DNA of 60,275 nucleotides, counting the filler, from Circinaria calcarea (Eukaryota): the NCBI GenBank assembly GCA_051942165.1. It is 8 parts of 8 records of this genome, joined end to end, with 100 filler letters (N's around TTAATTAATTAA, not from the genome) between each part and the next. Parts side by side here need not be neighbours in the genome. Positions count along the whole stretch, not along the records: positions 45,310 to 52,745 come from JAVECS010001328.1; positions 52,846 to 60,275 come from JAVECS010001330.1; 6 more parts are not named here. One strand, 5' to 3'. The notes under the pieces are model-generated. The model did not search any database. It was not told the DNA's origin and worked only from the letters and a program-made list of their open reading frames with translations. Position numbers and translations under genes: made by a program. Shown here in pieces: positions 50,271-60,275 of the stretch (position 1 is the stretch's first letter; every line of letters starts with the position of its first letter).

Positions 50271-50505
50271 ATAAGACTTCTTATAAGAAATGTAGCGAGG
50301 ACAACGCGGGACGGATCACTTACCACATCAGAGAGTCGGCGAAGCGAGCCGCCATACCCGAAGCAGACGCGCCTTGCCGAAATTATCTTGGCACCGAGTG
50401 TGCCAGCCTGATAGACACAGCAATCGGGAATCCTGAGTTCGAGGCATATAATAATCAAAAGGTACACTCGAAGCGTCTTATACTTCACAAGCTATAAGAG
50501 TGAAC

Positions 50506-51816
50506 ATGCTGTACAGCCAGGAGAACTCCATCCCGATTGTTGATCTGTCCGCTTTTCTGTCGAATGATGATAAGCAACGTCAAAAGGTTGCAAAAGATCT
50601 CACCGAGGCATGTCATAATTTTGGTTTTGTTTACATAACCGGCCATGGAGTTCCACCGGAGCTCCTCAACGATGCCTTTCAGTGGTCCCGAAAGCTTTTC
50701 GATCTATCCCATGAGGACAAAATGAAGGCTCCTCATCCCCCAGGCCCAACTCTGCATCGTGGCTACTCCCACCCCGGATTGGAAAAGGTGTACTCTAAGC
50801 AAGAGGCCAGTAGTGATGTAGTAAATGAAAGTCAAGGCAGCTCCCTGAGAGAAATTATGGATTTCAAGGTATGTCCAAGTGGGGCATCATCGCTTGAACG
50901 CCTCTATTCTGGAGAATGAGCAGTGACGGGCTTGAGCTCTAGGAAAGCTATGAAATTGGCAGCGAACATAATCCCGCTCAACCCAATATCTGGCTTCCGG
51001 AGAAGACGCTACCTGGGTTCCAGGCGTTCATGACCAAGTTTTACTGGGAACTAAACAAAACGGCCCGCAATTTTCTCGAGGCAATTTGCCTTGGCCTCGA
51101 CCTTACGGGTGATGAAACCGACTACCTCTTCAAAGCTCATACAGGACATAATAACCAACTTCGCCTCCTGCACTACCCTCCAGTCCTCGCGGAGCAAGTA
51201 GAAAGCCGTGTCGTCGCTCGGATGCCTGCTCATTCTGACTGGAGGTACGGACGACCCCCCCTATTACGTTCGTCAGCAGCATTAAGGATATTCATTCAAG
51301 TCAACCAAACACTAACTATTTCACAGCTCGTTCACAATGCTCTTCCAGGACGACTGTGAAGGTTTAGAGCTTGAGAACCCCAAGAATCCCGGCGAATTTC
51401 TATCCGCAAAGCCCGTTCCAGGGGCATGTGTGGTGAATATAGGTGATATGCTCGAACGAATCACCAACGGTAACAATCCCTTTTCTTCCATAAGTACAAG
51501 ACAACATTAAAGAATGTTGTACTCGTGTCCTTTTCCTACAATGGACTAAACTTGATCCTCCTTAGATACTTTCCCGTCCGCCACGCACCGGGTGACTCTT
51601 CCTCCCGTGCAGGTTAGCCAAGATAACGGCTCTAATATCAAGCGTCTTACACGGACGCGCTACTCGATTCCTTACTTTGTCGCTCCAGACGGCGACACAA
51701 TGATACACTGTTTACCATCGCGAGTAGATAAGGATCATCCTAGGGCCTATGAAGACGTGAAGTTCTCGGACTATGGAGGTATGAGGTCGAAGTATCAGTA
51801 TCAGGGAGAAGGGTAA
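50506..51816 (+). CDS. 2-oxoglutarate/Fe(II) dioxygenase (IPNS/DIOX-like)
   Basis: 'IPIVDLS', 'ACHNFGFVYITGHGV', 'LRLLHYP', iron ligands 'HSD' and 'SATHRV', 'VNIGDML' and 'RYS'. Three introns. Confidence 0.92.
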
Positions 51817-52465
51817 TACTGTCGAGGAGGACTTGCGATGTGTAACGGGGTGGAAGACGACTGAATGGATAAATTGATGAACCAATAATGAAGTCATGAC
51901 AAGTTTGGGGATATTAGGTGGATCTCAGAACTATTAGACTACGCTTTGGTACTGAGCTGCTGCGGTAGAATAGATTGATGAGATACTGCCATGCTGTCAG
52001 GCATGCTATGAATCCTCAGCTGCAATACGATATACTCCTCGAGTGCTACTTCGGTTCTGACAATCTTTATGTATCAAGTCTTGCATGGGGCCATCTGTAA
52101 CAGTTTGAACTATTACCGACGCCGAGGAAAGGGGATTGCTTTTGAGGATCACGCTAGTCTTTGATCCGGGGAACCCTACGATCGATCAAACATCACGTGA
52201 ATACCTAATTCTGACACCTCGAACACTTGTCGCACCCAGTGTGATCCTACAGTAGTGTGCAGATCTTCCACCACCCTTACACTATCTGAGCAATCATGTC
52301 TTTCGAGAAAGATGACCTCGTGTTATCCCAGCACAACTTATCAGGGTTACACAAAGTGGGGAAAGCCATCTATGTATCTCGATGAGATCAAATGACCGGC
52401 CATGGATACTTCCTTTCAGCCACTACTTAACGTACTGTACCACTCTCACTGAAGCCAGTGACAAC

Positions 52466-52745
52466 ATGTCCGAGCATGAAAAGACTCCAGCTGATGGAAC
52501 GCAGGCAGAGGTTCCAGAGGAAAGATCTGGAGACAGAAAACTAGGGGAAGCTAAGCCTGGATGGTTGAGTCGACAAACGTAGGTTTGTCTATTTCCTGCG
52601 CATAGATGGTTATTGCCCCTTATTTGACAAAAGCCGTTTTTTGAGGGGTCGTCTACAGATATCAGGGCTCGTTGCTATTCAACCTCGTTGCCTTTATCCT
52701 TCCAGCACTCTATAGTACCCTCAGCAAACTATGGGTGGCAAGAAT
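52466..52745 (+). CDS. Start of a fungal membrane transporter (probably MATE-like), truncated
   Basis: After a GTAGGT..CAG intron the frame reads '[27 protein letters not shown]'. The family call is from recollection only. Confidence 0.55.
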
Positions 52746-53518
52746 NNNNNNNNNNNNNNNNNNNNNNNNNNNNNNNNNNNNNNNNNNNNTTAATTAATTA
52801 ANNNNNNNNNNNNNNNNNNNNNNNNNNNNNNNNNNNNNNNNNNNNTAACTTCTCGCTAAACAATAACCTCTAACTTTGTAGGACCCCTCTAATGCTGGTG
52901 GTCCTGCGCCTGAATCTTAGGCTGGAAGGGTCAGTAACTACGGCTGGGGGTAATTCAGGGTTGCAAAGTTTTTTGTCAAGCGCGTGCCTTTCCGACTGCT
53001 CCTTGCTGTGGCATTGTGGACTCTGCCGTATGTAGGGGATAGGGGGATCATCGCTGATGCGGAAGGTATGTAGTACCCGTGTTCCCTTCCCCGGGGGGCC
53101 GCGTAAATGATGTGCATGGTAGCCTAAGACCATTCCAATCCTACCTGGGACCCGGCCTTTTCAAACCACCACCTATCTCGACACCCTACACCAACCAGAG
53201 CGGCTCCCAGTTCGACGGGCGCGCCAATAAGAATCCTACCTGTTGTTGATATTATGTGAATCACCTCCTGCTGAGCTTAGGAGACGCAACGGCAACGTGT
53301 GTTTCATAAGAAAAGGCTTCACTAAGCATCTGACCCCTCTCCTCGTCAAGTGTACCTGCTGTGCGAATACATGATTCGGCTGAAAAGGCTGCCATCAAGC
53401 TGGTGCGGCCCAGCCTATTGCATATAGGTAACTGTGCAGAGTGTTCATTAATATAAGAAACCAATTCGTTGTTATCATGCCTTCTGCAACTCTTTCTCGG
53501 TTTTTCTTTACTAGGATA

Positions 53519-55432
53519 ATGGCAGCTTTGGATATCACAACCTGTTCCTTGTTATTTAGCTCAATTATTTTCTACGCTGCAGCTTTACTTTTCCTAAGGG
53601 TTCGTCTCCCCTTTAAAATCCAGCCGCGCTCAAAAGTTTGGTTCTATGCTGGTCGGAGAAACTAACAGAGTCAGCTCATATGTGCTATTATTTACCGTTT
53701 AACATATCATCCACTCGCAAAGTACCCAGGACCATTTCTAGCCAAGGTCACGGATTTCTATGCTGCTTATTATGGATTCGTCGGAGATATACATCTGGAT
53801 ATGTGGCGGTGCCATGAAAAATATGGTGAGCCACTAGCGTTTCTGGATATTTCTGACCGATGATTGATCTTCCGTTCCTCAACAGGAAATGTCGTCCGTT
53901 ATGGTCCCAACCGTATACTCGTGAATTCAAGCCAAGGCCTGCATGGTATAAGTTAAAGACACTACAAGGCCGAGACCTTTTGCTGACCCTCCAGATATCT
54001 ATGGCCACCGCAAAAACTTCCAAAAATCGAAAGCGTATCTACCTATGGTACCAGGAGAAGATAGTTGGTGTACATTGACTTGTATCGATAAGGTTATACA
54101 CCGCTTCAAAAGGCGATCAATTACTCAAGGGCTTTCCGACGACGCTTTAAGAGCTTATGAACCTTCTATGCTCAAGCACTTGGATGTTTTCTGCCAAAAG
54201 CTTGTGGAGAGGAGCAATGGCCATGAACAGTCAGTGTGGACAGAGCCTAGAGATATGGACAGCTACGGTATTCTTCACCTACTCCCAAATTTTGCTACCA
54301 ATATCTAACAGGTGTGCCCTAGACAAATGGCTCGCGCTCGATACCATGGGGGAAATCGGGTTCGGCAAGAAGATGGGATTACTAGAAAGCTCAGAACATC
54401 GTTTTATAATCGATATTATGCATTTTTACAGCTGGATGATGGGTTTCTACGAGCAACTTCCAGGACTTGCAAAACTTCGATTAGAGGACAGTTTCCAAAT
54501 CGGTCGGCGGCTTCTTCGATTTGACACGACCATGGAAGATAAGTGGGAAACGTGGAAAAAAGACTTCAGTGCATCTGTTTTTGATAGCAAAAAGCCAAAG
54601 AACAGGAGTCTTTTCTCGAGCGTGATTGAGGCCTCAACTCGGAACCACGGGCGGAAGTTCGCCATGTCCGAGCTATGGGCTGAAGGCTGCTTTTTGATGC
54701 TGGCGGGTGAATTATGGCAGCCATTCTCTCTACCAGCATTTCGAGCTTACATTCTATGCAGGCTCCGATACTTCTGCAACCACCATATCAGCGCTCTTCT
54801 TCTACCTGGCCCATAATGCCAATGTTTTGCAGAGGCTCCAATCCGAGATCAGGGAGACGTTTGCTAACACCGAGGCTATACGTTTAGGTCAACAGCTTTC
54901 TTCATGCATCTATCTCCAGGCTTGTATCAATGAGACATTGAGAATGTCCCCATCTACCCCCGGAGCTCCCTGGCGCGAGGCCCAGGAAGGCGGCGCTGTC
55001 GTTGACGGCGACTTTGTTCCTGCGGGTTACGACGTTGGCACCTGCATCTATGCAATTCACCATTGTGAGAGGTACTTTCCAAACGCTCACGCCTTTACCC
55101 CGGAGCGGTGGATTGCCGGAGGTCTTGTGTCTCCGGAGCAACTTGAAGTCGCCTACCAAGCCTTTAACCCATTCTCGCTTGGTCCCAGAGGTTGTCCCGG
55201 TCGGTCATTTGCACTGCTGGAGATCAGCTTAACCTTGGCGCGGGTCGTTTTCGACTTCGACTTTCGCCTGGCCGACGGTGGGCGCGGCCATATCGGCGAG
55301 GGTACGCCTGGTCTAGGTAGTGGTCGACACAGAGCGGACGAGTTTCAGCTCTGGGCTCACGTCACTGCCTCGAGCAAGGGGCCTGAGCTCCAGTTCCGAA
55401 GAAGGTCTACAGGGACATCCCTGAATACATAG
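53519..55432 (+). CDS. Cytochrome P450 monooxygenase, multi-exon
   Basis: 'HPLAKYPGP', 'VVRYGPN', I-helix 'AGSDTSAT', 'ETLR', 'FTPERW' and heme motif 'FSLGPRGCPG'. Confidence 0.95.
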
Positions 55433-55541
55433 ATGTTACCTATAAATGATAGACTGAAATCAAAACCGTGGGCAGGAACAGCGTATTCTCTGCCAACCAC
55501 AATGAAATACTACGATATGAGAGCTTTCTGAACACATTTAC

Positions 55542-55565
55542 GATGATGATGATGATGATGACGAT
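55542..55565 (+). repeat. (GAT)n microsatellite
   Basis: gatgatgatgatgatgatgacgat. Confidence 0.9.
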
Positions 55566-56384
55566 CTCCACTTGTAACCCAAGAGCTCCTCCTATGCACG
55601 AGCTTAACCTATGGTTCATCACAACACCCTCTGTACCATGCCACTACCTCTCTCGGGAGAGGCAATGCCGTTCATAATTGCGCCACGCATCTCCTCCAGA
55701 ATCTCCGGTTCGATTCGGCTTGCGCCTTGGCAGTAAGCGAGCTGCCAAAACGTACATGTCGGGCAAAGTTGCATCGATGAAAAGTGACGACCGGAAACAA
55801 GGATGCCGGGGATCGAGGTATTCGATCTCGACTCGTGTGACTTAAGATTAAGAGCTTCTTCCGATTGGCAGGCAGCTGATCATCCAGCATCTTACAAGCT
55901 TTACCGATCAACGCTAGGGTCGACCCGAGCTGTCGGGGATTGATAAGCAGGCAGCCACTGCATCGGCACGGCTCAACCGGGCCCCCACAGGAATCCTACA
56001 GGAATCCTGGGAGTGGTGGGAGGAGGCACGGTTAGAATTGGAGAAACCAGGTGGCCCTCTCGGAAAACAAAAACACTCCGCTGCAACTCGGAACGGGCTT
56101 TGCCCTAGAGGCCCAGCTCCGTACCCTAGCTCATAAAGTAGGTACCCGCAGCTGCCTGATGTACCGCAATGTTTCATACAGCCTAAATCGGGGAATCTCC
56201 AATAATGCATTCATATAATGTAGGGATGGAAGGTGTGACGTTTTGGACGTGAGCAGAATGCCACGGCTGTTTTCCTGACGGTCAACCAAATACTCACTCG
56301 AGCTTGAAGCGTAGCCCATTTCCGGATACTTCTGAACCCAGTGCCTGATATCTACACACAGACCGAGAGAGGTTTACAGGCAAC

Positions 56385-57837
56385 ATGGGAGGCGAAATGG
56401 CTTCACCAACGGTCCAGTCCATGGTCCGTGTCGCCCAAAGAATCCGAGATGCAAATTTCACCCACTTTTCCCGATCCACTTTGTCAAGTCAGCAGCAGCA
56501 AAGCCGCCTCGATCCAGGGCCCCCAAGCTCAGCCTGGATCAGTAAAGTCTCCATTCCAGCCCCCGAGGAAGCAGATATCCGGGATGCTCTGTTTGATTCC
56601 ATAGATGCTCTCTCGCTTGCGGGCGAAGAGTTTAGCCACAGCGTAGCTAAACCTGAGCTCGCTGCCGTCAATGCTGAGTGGATAGGACGTCGAGATGGTC
56701 AAATTTCGGACGTCTTCTCGGAGCAGGAGAGATTCACGGCGATGATGAGAGAGGTCCAAAACCCCATAACCATACTGTACATTCGTGGAGGCGCTTTTTA
56801 GTAAGTCCGTCCCTTTCGGAAACCATTGCATTTCTTCCAAACGATTACATCTTTGGTCTATCTATCCACTGGTACCAATTCTTCCCAGTCTCTTTGGGCC
56901 CGCAAGGTCTCGTCCGAGCGCTCTAAAACTCTCGCGGCTGACCAAAGGACGATGCCTCGCCGTTGACTACCGCCTCGCTCCCCAAAATCCATTCCCTGCG
57001 GCCCTCCTAGATATCTTCATCGCTTATCTTTCCCTCTTATATCCTCCACCTGGATCTTTCCATACGGCTGTACCCGCATCATCTATCATATTCGCAGGCG
57101 AGAGCGGCGGCGTGAGTCTCTGCCTTTCACTTATTCAAACCATCTTGACCCTCCGAAAACTTCAGTCTCGGAACAATCCAACATTGCAATTCCACGATCA
57201 GAAAGTAGAAATACCCATGCCTGCCGGTATCGCTGGTATCAGCGGCGGTACGGATCAGACTCTGGCACTGCCCTCATGGATGGAGAACGCGAAATTTGAC
57301 TGGCTGGCGGACGAAGCGCCGAGTACGAGACCAGGCTTCCGAAGCTGTGAAATATGGCCCTCAACACCGCCGCGGGCCCACATTTACTGTGACGCTGCAT
57401 TGCTGCCTCATCCTTTGATAAGCCCTACTGCGGCGGAGAGTTGGGAAGGCGCACCGCCCATGTGGATAGCTTCCGGGCAGGAACGACTCACCGATTCGGT
57501 CAAGGTAATTGCCCAGACGGCAGCCAAGCAGGGTGTCTGTGTCCTGTGGGAGGAATACGAAGCAATGCCACATACCTGGCCAATGATCTTGGAAAATTTA
57601 CCTCAAACGGAGTTGTGTTTCAAACACTGTGCTCGAGCCTGCGAGAGTTTTGTCTCCCAGGGGGGCGAGAAACCGGCCTCAGGTGGTTTCTACATAAGCG
57701 TTGAGAAATTGGAAACTAGGGCAGTGGATGTCAACGCCTTGACTTCACTTACGGTCGAGGAAGCACGAAAACTAATGAAAGATAAAAGCAGTAAATTGGA
57801 AATTTGGACAGGCAGCAGTATTGGATCAAACCTCTAA
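56385..57837 (+). CDS. HSL-family alpha/beta hydrolase (esterase/lipase)
   Basis: 'TILYIRGGAF', 'VDYRLAPQNPFPAALLD', nucleophile 'FAGESGG', 'HPLISP' and 'EAMPHTW'. An intron starts at GTAAGT 56801. Confidence 0.88.
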
Positions 57838-59031
57838 AGCGTTTTCCAGAAACCGGCAGCCAAGCTGCTCGAAGGTCACTCAAGATATCCGGAGGGGGGC
57901 CCTGTATCAAAAGTCCGAGTTCCGTGACCGATACCCTCATGGGATTCATGAGTATATCTGGACTCAAACATCCTCGTGGCGAAAGCTTAGAAATACCACC
58001 AGCCTCTTGGCGGATACATGGAATGAACAAGGGCTTGATCATTACTTCTAATCAATGTATAATCAAATAAAATCCGCCTTTATGCAATCTATAAGCGATG
58101 TGATGCATTCGGCCCGTATGTAAATTCGAGGTCAGGAAGCTCAAAGTCGACACGCAGGGCGATAGGGTAAACGGACTTGCAGGCGGCCAAACTCCAAAAT
58201 AATATAGCTGGGTTATGGGGCTAAAGTGCCTATACACAAGCTCGTTTGGTTTGCCTTCCCCTTATTGGAACCGGAGTTTCTTTAGGTAGGAACAGACCCA
58301 ATTTATTTAATAACGAGTAGCACAACGCGCTGGGTAAGAGTAGGATGAGCACGGTTGGATTAATAGCCGTAGATTCTCATTCTTCGAAAATCATTCTACA
58401 GCTGATTCCTGTAAGTATTTCAGACACTGCCAGACGCCGAGAAGAAATTAAGTAAGTTATATCTTTGGGTTCCGGGGTGGGGGGAGGGGTTGGCAGAAGG
58501 GGCGAGTGACGTAAGCGGGAAAACCTTCTTTCCCTTTCTGTAGGACACCAGCCTCCCCCATCGATTCACAATCGCTAAGAGAGTCCTCGATTGTCCAGAA
58601 CACCTATGACTCAACCGTAAGAGTAAGGTCCTATCGTGAGATGGATGCACCAGCCCAAGTTGTTCTTCGTTTGCTGTGGATGATGATCTAACCCACTAGT
58701 TTTCAGGTTCTGGTTACGCGTCCGGCTGGTAGCCTTGACACGAGTGACTCGGTAGTGCCGATATCTGTGGCTTGCTTCCAGTGGCTTCTTGTGGCTTCTC
58801 TTCGCATCTCTACTGCTTTCGTGAGCCTATTCGTAATGCTCGTGGGGTGGTCTACGTACCTCGTGCTGCCTTGATGGTTTGCTATATAGCTCGACTATAT
58901 TTTGTCTTCTTTTCCTCTCGCATTATTCCTCACCATCCCATTCCATCTACTTTCTAAGATATCTACTATCCATCACATCTACCCTCATCTACTGGATTGT
59001 ATATCACTACAGACCACGGTTCAAAGCAATC

Positions 59032-60006
59032 ATGTCCTCCATCAGATACTACAACCAGACCGCCCCATTTTGGGATTGGGTAGCAAGCATCGAGTCCGCC
59101 GCCGCCGACCATCCCTTCTTTAACGCCTATAACCCTCAGGCGGGTGAGGCTGGCGAGACCAACCGCCAAGGTCCTCCCCACTCACCTCACCATGAAGGAC
59201 CATCAACCCCAAACCATTCTCACGATGGTCCACCTCCACCACCGGAACCTCATCACCCAGACGGCCCTCCCCCGCCACCGGAACCTCATCACCCTGGTGG
59301 CTCACCACCCCATCATCATCACCATCGCCACGAGGGCCCACCTGGCTGCGGTTGGGGACGTCACGGTCACCGTGGAGGACACCACCGAGGTTTTGGCGGG
59401 CCCCATTGCGGACGCGGAGGAAACCCATTCGGTAATAACCCTCGCGGAAGCTTCGGAGGTGGATTCGGAGGCTTTCAAGGTTTTCAATCCCCGGCAGGTC
59501 CCTTCCCTTTCGACATCAGCTCGATCGCCCAATTTCTAGGCCAGCAACTCGGCCTCAATCCCGAAGCCACCACCAATAACCCCAACCCATCTACCGAAAA
59601 CGACAAATCCGAAAACCCCTCCGCCACCACAGAGAACAAAGACAAAGACTTCACCTTCACCCCGCCCTGCGACGTCTTCGACACCGAAGACGCCTACATT
59701 ATCCACCTCTCCCTCCCCGGCGCCAAGAAGGAAGACGTCGGCGTCAACTGGGACGCCGATAAGTCCGAGCTTAGCGTCGCCGGCGTCATTTACCGGCCCG
59801 GCGATGAGGACTTGCTCAAGACCCTCGCCATGGATGAGCGCCAAGTCGGCGTTTTTGAAAGGAAGGTGCGCTTGGGAAGTCGAGCACGGCCGGCGATGGT
59901 AGAGGCGGATGGCATCGGCGCGAGGATGGAGGATGGGATACTCATTGTAAGGGTACCCAAGGTGGATGCGGAGTATGTGGATGTGAGAAAGGTGGAGATT
60001 GAATAA
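59032..60006 (+). CDS. Small heat-shock protein (Hsp20/alpha-crystallin) with a long His/Pro/Gly-rich N-terminus
   Basis: 'FTPPCDVFDT..AYIIHLSLPGAKKEDV', 'ERQVGVFERKVRL', 'MEDGILIVRVPK' and a terminal IxI-like 'KVEIE'. Confidence 0.92.
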   Translation: MSSIRYYNQTAPFWDWVASIESAAADHPFFNAYNPQAGEAGETNRQGPPHSPHHEGPSTPNHSHDGPPPPPEPHHPDGPPPPPEPHHPGGSPPHHHHHRHEGPPGCGWGRHGHRGGHHRGFGGPHCGRGGNPFGNNPRGSFGGGFGGFQGFQSPAGPFPFDISSIAQFLGQQLGLNPEATTNNPNPSTENDKSENPSATTENKDKDFTFTPPCDVFDTEDAYIIHLSLPGAKKEDVGVNWDADKSELSVAGVIYRPGDEDLLKTLAMDERQVGVFERKVRLGSRARPAMVEADGIGARMEDGILIVRVPKVDAEYVDVRKVEIE

Positions 60007-60275
60007 ACTTTTGGTTTATTTCGGGCGCGAACGGGAACGAGGATGGGAAAGAAAGGAGAACAAGGGAAATTGGTAAACTGGGCAGACTGGCGTAGCGCTG
60101 TATAATTAAAATTAAGGATTCAAATAAACATGAAAAAGGATTGTTATACCAATAAATAACCCGTCCCACATTCAAATTAGTAACTAATTTGTTATCTATT
60201 CTCTTCTGTTACGAATGAATAAATAAATATACAACTGCTAGTAGTTTATTTACCACCCCCCCCCCCCCCCCCCCC

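Noticed and set aside
7457..52845. Regularly spaced TTAATTAATTAA motif every ~7.55 kb
   Set aside because: Artificial all-frame-stop linker between length-sorted contigs, not a biological repeat.
22665..57837. A single biosynthetic cluster made of the NRPS-PKS, 2OG oxygenase, transporter, P450 and esterase
   Set aside because: These genes lie on three different contigs; there is no evidence of linkage.
60256..60275. Terminal poly-C run as a telomere or G-quadruplex signal
   Set aside because: A homopolymer at an assembly break (a similar run is at 7561), with no TTAGGG repeats.

Overview
Filamentous ascomycete (Pezizomycotina) nuclear DNA with intron-containing genes. It is not one locus: eight unrelated contigs of 7456-7430 bp, in descending length, are joined by artificial 100-nt linkers (44 N + TTAATTAATTAA + 44 N), so adjacency across linkers is meaningless. 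Contig 1: tubulin cofactor D and nirA. Contig 2: mitochondrial DNA polymerase gamma, a SIM-RING ligase and a UPF0052/CofD-like gene. Contig 3: SRPK-like kinase end, CorA-like membrane protein, a disrupted HET-like membrane gene and a TPR relic. Contig 4: an apparently intact NRPS-PKS hybrid in C-A-T-KS order (like tenuazonic acid synthetase TAS1), a hAT-type MITE with an exact 8-bp target-site duplication upstream of it, and a HET-domain gene. Contig 5: mitochondrial L12 end, CTK3, PRO3, a CLC channel and the midasin start. Contig 6: C2H2 protein(s), PRP9 and FAL1/eIF4A-III. Contig 7: membrane protein, fructosamine-kinase pseudogene, 2OG-Fe(II) oxygenase and a transporter start. Contig 8: P450, HSL-type esterase and a His/Pro-rich Hsp20. 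The best leads are the NRPS-first hybrid with an atypical KS active-site loop, the hairpin MITE, paired TAG codons at expected Trp positions, and a recurrent C-rich to G-rich switch within genes. Family calls come from recognised motifs; no searches were run.
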